Assembly (NCBI GenBank): GCA_964451355.1
Contig: CAYVIE010000034.1
Span: forward strand, 1-22,868
Direction: 5' to 3'
Origin: an uncultured Desulfobacteraceae bacterium
GTDB taxonomy: Bacteria > Desulfobacterota > Desulfobacteria > Desulfobacterales > Desulfosalsimonadaceae
Length of the DNA stretch: 22,868 nt
A program made the position numbers and the translations under genes. Position 1 is the stretch's first letter, and every line of letters begins with the position of its first letter. Under the pieces are notes generated by a model, which was not told where the DNA came from, searched no databases, and saw only the letters and a program-made list of their open reading frames with translations. Positions 10,665 through 18,036 of this stretch are shown here, piece by piece.

Positions 10665-10745
10665 GGGGGAGGGCTCCCCCTCCCCCGCCATTTGAAATGA
10701 ATTCAAATGGTTCCACCCCCACACCCGGCCGGGGCTGAACCGGCC
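10665..10745. repeat. Three consecutive small hairpins downstream of the repeat element
   Basis: GGGGGAGGG-CTCC-CCCTCCCCC (10665-10686); CCATTTGAA-ATGAA-TTCAAATGG (10688-10710); GGCCGG-N7-CCGGCC (10727-10745). Confidence 0.6.
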
Positions 10746-10782
10746 CAAAAATGGTAAGACGCCAGTGAATCATCGACACCGA

Positions 10783-10798
10783 TGGCATGATCTTTGCT
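10783..10798 (+). promoter_or_regulatory. Sigma-54 (-24/-12) promoter for the porin/sulfur cluster
   Basis: TGGCAtgatctTTGCT, GG-N10-GC spacing (GG 10784-10785, GC 10796-10797), about 140 bp upstream of the 10939 ATG; a sigma-54 activator gene lies upstream on the opposite strand. Confidence 0.65.
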
Positions 10799-10938
10799 AT
10801 CGAATATTAAAACAAAATTTCCTGAGTCGGAATTCAGTTTTTTTCGATTGACAATACAAGATGTTGTTTTCGCAGGCGGCCATACTGAGGGAACAAGGCC
10901 GTTTGAAATGATCATCAACTAACACAAGGGAGGCTGGA

Positions 10939-12630
10939 ATGAATTTTTTAAAAAAATTTTTTCTATGGGGCTTATGCGCCCTGGTGCTTTCATGGCCCGC
11001 GGGAAAATCGATGGCAGCAGATGACATCGACGCCCTTAAGGAACAGATCCGTATTCTACAAAAAAAAGTGGAAAAACTGGAAAAGAATAACTCATGGAAC
11101 ACGGATGACATAGAGGATCTGTCAGGTAGGCTGGACAAGGCCGAGATGCATACGGCCACTGACAAGATTTCATTCGGGCTTGACTTCCGCACCAGAGCGG
11201 ACTCGATTCATTACAACGATATCCGCATAGCGCCACAGACTTTCACGGCCGCATTCTTTACTCCGTCCGCCATGGGCGGATTCAATGGCGCAACCCTGCC
11301 GGACATACAGGCCGCCATAGGGGCGATGGTGGCGGGTGGAATGGTGCCGGATGCTGAAAAATATGATGCTGATAACGACATAATATTCACCAATAAGCTT
11401 CGTCTCGAAATGTATGCAAGACTGAACTCACAGTTGAATTTCCAGGGACGCCTTGCCGCGTACAAGGTCTTCGGAGACAGCACCACTGTCAAGTTCAACC
11501 AGGGAAGCCTTGGGGATGTCACTTTCGACGGCACAACCTCGAGCCTCCCGCACGGAGACACGATCCACCTGGAACGCGCATACTTTGTCTACAAGTCCCA
11601 GATAGGCGATGTTCCTTATCATATATCTGTGGGCCGCAGGCCAGCAACAGACGGCCCCCCTCTTGAATACAGGGAATACAGCCTTGTGGGCGGTTCACCC
11701 CTTGCAACGATCATCAACTGGCAGTTCGACGGCGCATCACTGGGATTCAACCTGGAAGACGTAACCGGCATCCCGGGCGCGAGTTTCAAGCTCTGCTACG
11801 GGGTCGGCTATGAAAACGACTGGGGCAACTACACGTCTTTGGATTACGGCGGCGCTAACATAAAAGATGTCCATCTGTTCGGGTTTATAACAAAATTATA
11901 CGATGATGGTGAATCCACCAGCATAATGCTGAATTATGCACATGCATGGGATATCACCGATGGCTTCACAGGCGAGACAGTGATGCCTTTCATCGTGTCA
12001 AAACAGGATACAAACGGTGACGGCATTGACGAATATTATTTCGAGGCCAACACCGGTTCTTTTGTTTCGAGGATCGAGCCTACAGAAAATATCGGAGACT
12101 GGGACGCCGCATCACTTTTGATCCGGTCGAAAATCTCGACATCCACTGAGCCTGTTGACTGGTTCATTGCCGGATCCTGGACTCATACCAACCCATCCAA
12201 TATTTCAAAAAATCCCTTCTATGAAATTATGGGAATGGGCCTGCTCTCATCCAATGGAGAGCTGGAAGACCACGACGGCTACAGTGTTTATGCGGGCGTG
12301 ATCCTTCCCATGCCGGCATCTGGCCGTCTCGGCCTTGAATACAACTGGGGGTCCAAGTACTGGTTCAATTTCACAGGCGCAGAGGATTCACTTATCGCGA
12401 GCAAGCTCGCTGTAAGGGGTCAGGTATACGAGGCATACTATATACAGCCTGTGTTCGGCCGCAATTTTTTTGTAAAGGCGGGAACCCAGTTTTATGATTA
12501 CAAGTACACCGGAAGTGGTAATCCCCTGGGAGAACCTGTCAAGATTTCCGATGTAACGGCGCTAGACTCCATCAACCCGGTTATAGATGAAGTCTGGAAC
12601 TATTATCTTTCCGCAACCATGCGGTTCTAA
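10939..12630 (+). CDS. Outer-membrane porin-like beta-barrel protein (DUF3373-like)
   Basis: Signal peptide MNFLKKFFLWGLCALVLSWPAGKSMA; coiled-coil IDALKEQIRILQKKVEKLEK; alternating beta-strand-rich body ending in aromatic F (YYLSATMRF); RBS AAGGGAGG. Confidence 0.75.
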   Translation: MNFLKKFFLWGLCALVLSWPAGKSMAADDIDALKEQIRILQKKVEKLEKNNSWNTDDIEDLSGRLDKAEMHTATDKISFGLDFRTRADSIHYNDIRIAPQTFTAAFFTPSAMGGFNGATLPDIQAAIGAMVAGGMVPDAEKYDADNDIIFTNKLRLEMYARLNSQLNFQGRLAAYKVFGDSTTVKFNQGSLGDVTFDGTTSSLPHGDTIHLERAYFVYKSQIGDVPYHISVGRRPATDGPPLEYREYSLVGGSPLATIINWQFDGASLGFNLEDVTGIPGASFKLCYGVGYENDWGNYTSLDYGGANIKDVHLFGFITKLYDDGESTSIMLNYAHAWDITDGFTGETVMPFIVSKQDTNGDGIDEYYFEANTGSFVSRIEPTENIGDWDAASLLIRSKISTSTEPVDWFIAGSWTHTNPSNISKNPFYEIMGMGLLSSNGELEDHDGYSVYAGVILPMPASGRLGLEYNWGSKYWFNFTGAEDSLIASKLAVRGQVYEAYYIQPVFGRNFFVKAGTQFYDYKYTGSGNPLGEPVKISDVTALDSINPVIDEVWNYYLSATMRF

Positions 12631-12653
12631 CACTGACCGCTGGATTATATATA

Positions 12654-12680
12654 AGGGGCAGGGATTTTTCTCCTGCCCCT
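12654..12680. other. GC-rich intercistronic hairpin between porin and transporter genes
   Basis: AGGGGCAGG (12654-12662) pairs with CCTGCCCCT (12672-12680), 9/9; no T-run follows. Confidence 0.55.
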
Positions 12681-12729
12681 CACTCTGACAGGGAACAAAA
12701 ATAATCATAATTAAATTGAAGAAACGATT

Positions 12730-13926
12730 ATGAAGGCATTACAAACCATAACTGAAGCCATAAAGACGGAACTGAAAAAGGCTTATGATACAGCCTTCGG
12801 GCGCACTTGGCCGGTGGTGACCGCAGGAATCCTGATCTCTGTCGTGGCTATATTCATGTTTTTATGGAACAGCCCGTGGGGTATAGCAGGAGGTTACAGA
12901 AGCTGGGGAGATTGGTTACTGTATCTTTCAGGGCTATCAGATAGCAAACCGCTATTCAAGCCATGGCAGCACCCCCTTTCAGTCTCCAACTTCGGCATCA
13001 TACTCGGTGCCTTGTCATCAGCTCTTATTGCCAGAGAATTTGCCATAAGAAAAGCACCTGCATGGGAATATGCCAAGGGAGCGGCCGGAGGAATCCTGAT
13101 GGGTATCGGGGCGGTTCTGGCTTCAGGCTGCAATGTGGGAGGTTTTTATTCGGCGATCGGGGTATTCTCGGCAGGAGGTTACGCCATGATGATCGGCCTG
13201 GGGGCTGGTGCATACCTGGGCCTGAAGTATCTTTTATGGGAAATGGAACACATTCCACAAAAAGCAATGAATGCCCCTGAGAAAAAAGGAAAATTGATGC
13301 AGGTTATGACCCGGATCGAACCATATTTCGGGGCGGTAATTATTTTTGCCGTTGTCATGGCTTTTTATGCATCGAGTTCCGATGAAAACTCGAAAACAGG
13401 GGGGCTATTGTTTTTTGGACTCCTTATCGGTCTTGTTATGCACAGAAGCAGGTTCTGCTTTGCCAGGGCTTTCCGCGAACCGCTCATGACAGGTGAATCA
13501 GACATGGTAAAGGCTGTCGCCGCAAGCCTCCTTATCTACGGTGCCGGCTCAGCCGTTATCAAGTGGAACTGGATGCAACCGCCTGAAATGGGAGTCTATC
13601 ATCCTTTCTGGGCCGGAAGCCTGTTTGGCGGACTGATATTCGGATTCGGTATGCTCCTGGCAGGAGGCTGCGCTTCGAGCACCTTGTGGCGGGCTGCTGA
13701 AGGACAGACCAAGCTCATGCTGACCCTGGCCTGCTTTGCAATAACAGACTCTGTTACACACAGGTTCATTACGGCTTATAACCTGAAAGAAAAACTCGGA
13801 ACCCCGTATTTTCTCCCCGATATTTTGGGGTGGAGTATCGCCGTGCCACTTCTTGTAGCAGTTATTTCTCTCTGGGTCATATGGGCTGACTGGAACGAGG
13901 AAACAGAACGCTTTGTGCTCTTTTAA
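12730..13926 (+). CDS. YeeE/YedE-family sulfur-compound (thiosulfate-type) transporter
   Basis: 398 aa polytopic protein with family Cys motifs LASGCNVGGFYSA, HRSRFCFARAFREP and LAGGCASSTLW. Confidence 0.88.
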   Translation: MKALQTITEAIKTELKKAYDTAFGRTWPVVTAGILISVVAIFMFLWNSPWGIAGGYRSWGDWLLYLSGLSDSKPLFKPWQHPLSVSNFGIILGALSSALIAREFAIRKAPAWEYAKGAAGGILMGIGAVLASGCNVGGFYSAIGVFSAGGYAMMIGLGAGAYLGLKYLLWEMEHIPQKAMNAPEKKGKLMQVMTRIEPYFGAVIIFAVVMAFYASSSDENSKTGGLLFFGLLIGLVMHRSRFCFARAFREPLMTGESDMVKAVAASLLIYGAGSAVIKWNWMQPPEMGVYHPFWAGSLFGGLIFGFGMLLAGGCASSTLWRAAEGQTKLMLTLACFAITDSVTHRFITAYNLKEKLGTPYFLPDILGWSIAVPLLVAVISLWVIWADWNEETERFVLF

Positions 13927-13957
13927 CATAAAATTAAATTAACGAAAGGAAGAAACA

Positions 13958-14194
13958 ATGACAATCAAAGCAGATGAAACTCTTGACTTGAGAGGATTGA
14001 GCTGTCCCATGCCCATGCTCAAGACAAAAAAGAAGTTAAAGGGCATGGCAAAAGGGCAGATTCTGGAAGTATGGGGCACCGATCCTGGTTCAAAAAACGA
14101 CATACCAAACTTTGTGAAAAAATCCGGGGATGAACTCCTTGCTATGGAAGATCATCCAGACGGGTACACGCGCTACCTGATCAAGAAAGGATGA
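13958..14194 (+). CDS. TusA-family sulfurtransferase/sulfur carrier
   Basis: LDLRGLSCPMPMLKTKKKLKGMAKGQILEVWGTDPGSKNDIPNFVKKSGDELL; hallmark CPxP. Confidence 0.93.
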   Translation: MTIKADETLDLRGLSCPMPMLKTKKKLKGMAKGQILEVWGTDPGSKNDIPNFVKKSGDELLAMEDHPDGYTRYLIKKG

Positions 14195-14250
14195 TGTTTT
14201 TAAACCATAGGTGACAATACATAAAAAACCATCTGCAGGGTGCAAGGATC

Positions 14251-14538
14251 ATGAAAAAAATCGCAGTTGTTATAAGAGATCCGCAACAACAGTACGAAGG
14301 CCTGAGGGTCAGTCTCGGAGCTTTACTTGACGAGGTTGAAGTGGAGATGTTCGTCCTCAATCATGAAATAGCTAATATGGACGAAGCATACAGGGACAAC
14401 ATGGAATTTCTTGATGAAATGGAGGGCAAACGTTTTTCAAACAATCCTGTAAATGTTGAAAAATATGGATTCACCTGGGCATCTGTCGGGGATATCGGTA
14501 AAAGGCTGGCCCGGGCTGATATAGTCATACCTTTCTGA
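14251..14538 (+). CDS. DsrE-like small protein lacking cysteine
   Basis: 95 aa, MKKIAVVIRDPQQQYEGLRVSLGAL...; DsrE/F-like layout and position; no Cys in the sequence. Confidence 0.6.
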   Translation: MKKIAVVIRDPQQQYEGLRVSLGALLDEVEVEMFVLNHEIANMDEAYRDNMEFLDEMEGKRFSNNPVNVEKYGFTWASVGDIGKRLARADIVIPF

Positions 14539-14553
14539 TGAGTGAGGTGGATA

Positions 14554-14730
14554 ATGAAAGTTTTGCATCTGCTAAGATCTAAACCTGATGAGACAGTTGA
14601 GCGTCTCATAGAGGCCATGTCCGATGAGACGACTGAGACAACTGTTCTCCCACTTTTCGAAGGTGAGATCGACTGGTTGCGCCTCGTGGACGATATTTTT
14701 GCACACGACAAGGTAGTGTGCTGGTGGTGA
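14554..14730 (+). CDS. Very short TusB/DsrH-like protein (58 aa)
   Basis: MKVLHLLRSKPDETVERLIEAMSDETTETTVLPLFEGEIDWLRLVDDIFAHDKVVCWW; ATG 14554 preceded by GAGGTGG; sits between two DsrE-like genes. Confidence 0.6.
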   Translation: MKVLHLLRSKPDETVERLIEAMSDETTETTVLPLFEGEIDWLRLVDDIFAHDKVVCWW

Positions 14731-14742
14731 AAGGAGATTCAA

Positions 14743-15048
14743 ATGGAAAAAACCCTGGGTATTTTAGTAGGGACAGACAAATTTCTAGACTGGGTTATCG
14801 CGGTTACCGATGCAGCTTTCCAAAAAGGTATAAAGGTTGAGATTTTTTTCACCGGCGCCGGGGTTAAGCTGACCCAGGATGCGGCCTTCGTGAATCTTGT
14901 CGGCAAGGCAAAGCTTTCAGTATGCGATGTCAGCTTCAGGGCTTATGGATTTTCCGGCGATGTTCCCGGGGTTGGTTTCAAGGACTTTGCAACGCAGGCG
15001 AGAAACGCGGAGATGATAAACAGGTGCGACAGATACCTTGTTTTCTGA
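14743..15048 (+). CDS. DsrE-family protein with candidate active cysteines
   Basis: MEKTLGILVGTDKFLDWVIAVTDAAFQKGIKVEIFFTGAGVKLT...LSVCDVSF...INRCDRYLVF; RBS AAAGGAG. Confidence 0.75.
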   Translation: MEKTLGILVGTDKFLDWVIAVTDAAFQKGIKVEIFFTGAGVKLTQDAAFVNLVGKAKLSVCDVSFRAYGFSGDVPGVGFKDFATQARNAEMINRCDRYLVF

Positions 15049-15190
15049 ATACGCATTTAACCTTGATGTTACGTGAGTCCGGCTAATTATAGCTAATTAT
15101 AATAGAATATTTCTTATGGGGATATATCATTATCCTTCATGGATTCCAGGAGAATTAAAATTGTAACAAATTGTTATGGAGGGAAACATA

Positions 15191-15520
15191 ATGAAAAAGA
15201 CATTGGTATTGCTGCTGTCTCTGACTTTAATGGTAGTTTTTGTAGGAACTGGTATCGCCTTTGATAAGAAAGGAAACGAAAAAAAAGGTAAATACTACTT
15301 CAGGAAAAACTGCAGGGTATGCCACCAGGCAGGCAAAAGCGCTCCCCCATTGAGTCCCAACAGCAAGACCCAGGCCCAGTGGGAACGCGCTTTTGAGAAG
15401 CATGAACGCCTCGAGTGCGCGGATGAATGGAAAAAACTTTCCGAAGACAAGTTAAACGATATCCTTACCTACCTGTATAACCATGCTTTCGATTCTCCAT
15501 CGCCGGCCACCTGCGGGTAA
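15191..15520 (+). CDS. Small periplasmic monohaem cytochrome c
   Basis: Signal peptide MKKTLVLLLSLTLMVVFVGTGIAF, single CRVCH haem motif; ORF track starts at 15176. Confidence 0.85.
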   Translation: MKKTLVLLLSLTLMVVFVGTGIAFDKKGNEKKGKYYFRKNCRVCHQAGKSAPPLSPNSKTQAQWERAFEKHERLECADEWKKLSEDKLNDILTYLYNHAFDSPSPATCG

Positions 15521-15537
15521 ATAACAATAATAATATC

Positions 15538-15586
15538 ATGCATCTTTCCGAAAACAGGATCCATCATGCTTTTCGGAAAGATGCAT
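15538..15586. other. 17-bp perfect inverted repeat (stem-loop) between cytochrome genes
   Basis: ATGCATCTTTCCGAAAA (15538-15554) with TTTTCGGAAAGATGCAT (15570-15586), loop 15 nt. Confidence 0.85.
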
Positions 15587-15662
15587 CCAGATGTTTAAAC
15601 TTAAACAGCAACCATAACATTGCAATATATATCGTCGATAGGGGGACAAGGAGGAAAAGCTG

Positions 15663-17285
15663 TTGGCACTAAAAAAGATCAAACCAATTGAATTGTTATG
15701 CCTTGTTATTGCCGGTTGTATTATCTTTTTGGGGTCATTTAGGTCCAGCATGGCAGAAGAAAAGACTCCTCCCGGCAAAACAATGGCAGACCAATCGCAA
15801 CTGTATGCTACAAAATGGAATACTGTGGATCACACCAAACTGGAAGCCCTGAAAGGCCCTTTTAACAGTGGCGAGGACATCACAAAAGCATGCCTGTCAT
15901 GCCACACAAAGGCCCAACACCAGTTTTTGCATGCTATCCACTGGACATGGCAATCGCCGTTCAAGAACTCAAAGGACTATGGCAAGGCCGGATATTCCAT
16001 AAATAATTTTTGTATCTCATCTAATAAAATGCATGACCAAGAATGCAACACCTGTCACATCGGGTGGGACGCGAAAAAAGATGGAATAAACTGCCTGAAA
16101 TGCCACAGCCAGGCCGATATTGATTGGTACGCCCAGCTCAAGGATTACAAGGAATTCATGGAGATGGGCGAAACAGAGCTGGCAGATGAAATCATGGCAG
16201 ATATCTTAAAAAATGTGGGCAAAATCGGCCTGCCGGAAAGACGCAATTGTGGTGAATGTCATTTCAACGGCGGCGGTGGAGAGGGTGTCAAGCATGGTGA
16301 TCTCGATGCATCCCTTATCAACCCAAAAAGAACATTGGATGTTCATATGGGGGTTGACGGCCAGAATTTCAGATGCACCCGCTGCCATACCACGGTTGAG
16401 CACATGATTGCAGGCCGTGTATATTCAACGCCCGCCACGAAAAAGCACCTGAGCCTGGTTCAAAACGATCTGGCCCCCAAGATAACATGCGAGGCTTGTC
16501 ATACGGCAACCCCGCACAACGACGTTAAACTAAACGATCATACCGACAAGGTTGCGTGCCAGAGCTGTCACATACCGACATTCGCCCGCGCACATGCGAC
16601 CCAGATGTGGTGGGACTGGTCCACAGCCGGAAAAACCAGGGATGGAAAGAAATACCAGGAAAAGGGAGCTTTCGGCAGGCCTGTCTACAAATCAATCAAG
16701 GGTGACTTCAGGTGGGAAAAGAATGTCGTGCCCGAGTATTTCTGGTATAATGGCTCTATAGAGTCGATAACCGCAAAGGAAATCATCGACCCATCCAGGC
16801 AGCCTATCTGGATCAGCCGCCCCGTAGGAAGCCGTGATGACCCAGAGTCCCGGATCTATCCATTCAAGATTCATTACGCAAAACAGCCCTATGACATGGA
16901 GAATAATATATTTGTCACACCGCTTCTTTCCGAGGAAAACAACGGCTTCTGGGAAACACTCGACTGGCAGGATTCTGTTTCCAGGGGCATGGAAATCATG
17001 GGGCTTCCCTACTCTGGCAAGATAGGATTCGTGGAAACCAACTATGTATTTCCCATCACGCACATGGTCGCACCCAAGGAAGACGCTCTGTCTTGCAATG
17101 CATGCCACTCAAGAGAGCATGGCAGGCTTTCGAAGCTGACAGGCTTTTATATGCCTCGCAGGGACCGCTTTCTTTTTCTGGACAGAGCTGGATGGGGGCT
17201 TGCAGCCGGAGCGCTTCTTGTTGTGCTCCTGCACGCCTTGGGAAGGATCTTTTCCTCGGCCATGAGGAAAAGCAAGGAGGATTGA
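15663..17285 (+). CDS. Membrane-anchored octahaem c-type cytochrome, octahaem tetrathionate reductase (OTR)-like family
   Basis: Eight CXXCH motifs: CLSCH, CNTCH, CLKCH, CGECH, CTRCH, CEACH, CQSCH, CNACH; family-like ACLSCHTKAQHQFLHAIHWTWQ and NNFCISSNKMHDQECNTCHIGW; C-terminal TM AGWGLAAGALLVVLLHALGRIF; TTG start with AAGGAGG RBS. Confidence 0.85.
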   Translation: MALKKIKPIELLCLVIAGCIIFLGSFRSSMAEEKTPPGKTMADQSQLYATKWNTVDHTKLEALKGPFNSGEDITKACLSCHTKAQHQFLHAIHWTWQSPFKNSKDYGKAGYSINNFCISSNKMHDQECNTCHIGWDAKKDGINCLKCHSQADIDWYAQLKDYKEFMEMGETELADEIMADILKNVGKIGLPERRNCGECHFNGGGGEGVKHGDLDASLINPKRTLDVHMGVDGQNFRCTRCHTTVEHMIAGRVYSTPATKKHLSLVQNDLAPKITCEACHTATPHNDVKLNDHTDKVACQSCHIPTFARAHATQMWWDWSTAGKTRDGKKYQEKGAFGRPVYKSIKGDFRWEKNVVPEYFWYNGSIESITAKEIIDPSRQPIWISRPVGSRDDPESRIYPFKIHYAKQPYDMENNIFVTPLLSEENNGFWETLDWQDSVSRGMEIMGLPYSGKIGFVETNYVFPITHMVAPKEDALSCNACHSREHGRLSKLTGFYMPRRDRFLFLDRAGWGLAAGALLVVLLHALGRIFSSAMRKSKED

Positions 17286-17287
17286 TC

Positions 17288-17950
17288 ATGGCAGAAAACA
17301 ACAACACTAAACTGATATATCTATATACACGTTACGAGCGCCTGTGGCACTGGCTTCAGATGGTTCTGATAGCCGTGTTGATGCTCACCGGCCTTGAAAT
17401 ACACGGTGTATTCGAATTTTTCGGATACCAAAAAGCTGTCAGTCTACATAATACAGTGGGAATTACATGGCTAATCGCCTTTTTCTTCTTTGTATTCTGG
17501 CTTTTTACCACCGGGGAATGGAAGCAGTATATCCCGACCACGAAAAGGCTCTTTTCCATGATCCGATATTATTCCTACGGAATATTCCGCGGTGAACCGC
17601 ATCCGTTTCCGAAGCGGAAAGAAGCGAAGCACAATCCGCTGCAAAGGCTTACGTATCTTGCCGTGGCCGCAGCGCTTCTCCCCTTGCAGATGATAACCGG
17701 CTTCTTGTACTGGGGATACAACAGCTGGGATGCGTGGGGAATAAAATCACTAACACTGGGCATGGTAGCTTTTGCCCATACCGCGCTTGCTTTTGCCATT
17801 CTGGTCTTTGTTATCATCCATGTCTACATGACAACAACTGGACACACTGTGTTCGCCCATATCAAATCCATGATCACCGGATACGAGGAGGTCGAGGCAA
17901 GCCATTATGCCCAGGAAATCTCCATCGTGAAACCCGAAGAATCACGTTGA
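17288..17950 (+). CDS. Membrane cytochrome b (b561/thiosulfate-reductase cytochrome b-type)
   Basis: Start ATG 17288 with GGAGG RBS; TRYERLWHWLQMVLIAVLMLTGLEIHG, SLHNTVGITW, GMVAFAHTALAFAILVFVIIHVYMTTTGHT. Confidence 0.85.
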   Translation: MAENNNTKLIYLYTRYERLWHWLQMVLIAVLMLTGLEIHGVFEFFGYQKAVSLHNTVGITWLIAFFFFVFWLFTTGEWKQYIPTTKRLFSMIRYYSYGIFRGEPHPFPKRKEAKHNPLQRLTYLAVAAALLPLQMITGFLYWGYNSWDAWGIKSLTLGMVAFAHTALAFAILVFVIIHVYMTTTGHTVFAHIKSMITGYEEVEASHYAQEISIVKPEESR

Positions 17951-17979
17951 ATCTGATTAAAACCGGCTCTCCCCCCTGC

Positions 17980-18026
17980 GGGGGATTCCACTTCTGCATT
18001 ACAAAACGGAATCCCCCGTTTTTTTT
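17980..18026 (+). terminator. Intrinsic terminator after the cytochrome b gene
   Basis: GGGGGATTCC (17980-17989) pairs 10/10 with GGAATCCCCC (18008-18017), followed by G and T8. Confidence 0.85.
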
Positions 18027-18036
18027 ATCACCGGAC

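Noticed and set aside
10822-10844. Possible small terminator in the porin 5' UTR (CTGAG...TTCAG followed by T-run)
   Set aside because: Only about 5 bp with one wobble; too weak to claim although the T-run is notable.
10528-10918. ORFs 10528..10788(-) and 10703..10918(-)
   Set aside because: They lie in the palindromic repeat, hairpins and promoter region; low-complexity composition, no recognisable domain.
15088-15110. Local repeat CTAATTATAGCTAATTAT
   Set aside because: Short AT-rich repeat, likely chance.
17093-17287. N-terminal extension of the cytochrome b ORF
   Set aside because: It overlaps the octahaem cytochrome C-terminus in another frame; ATG 17288 has a GGAGG RBS and a proper cyt b start.
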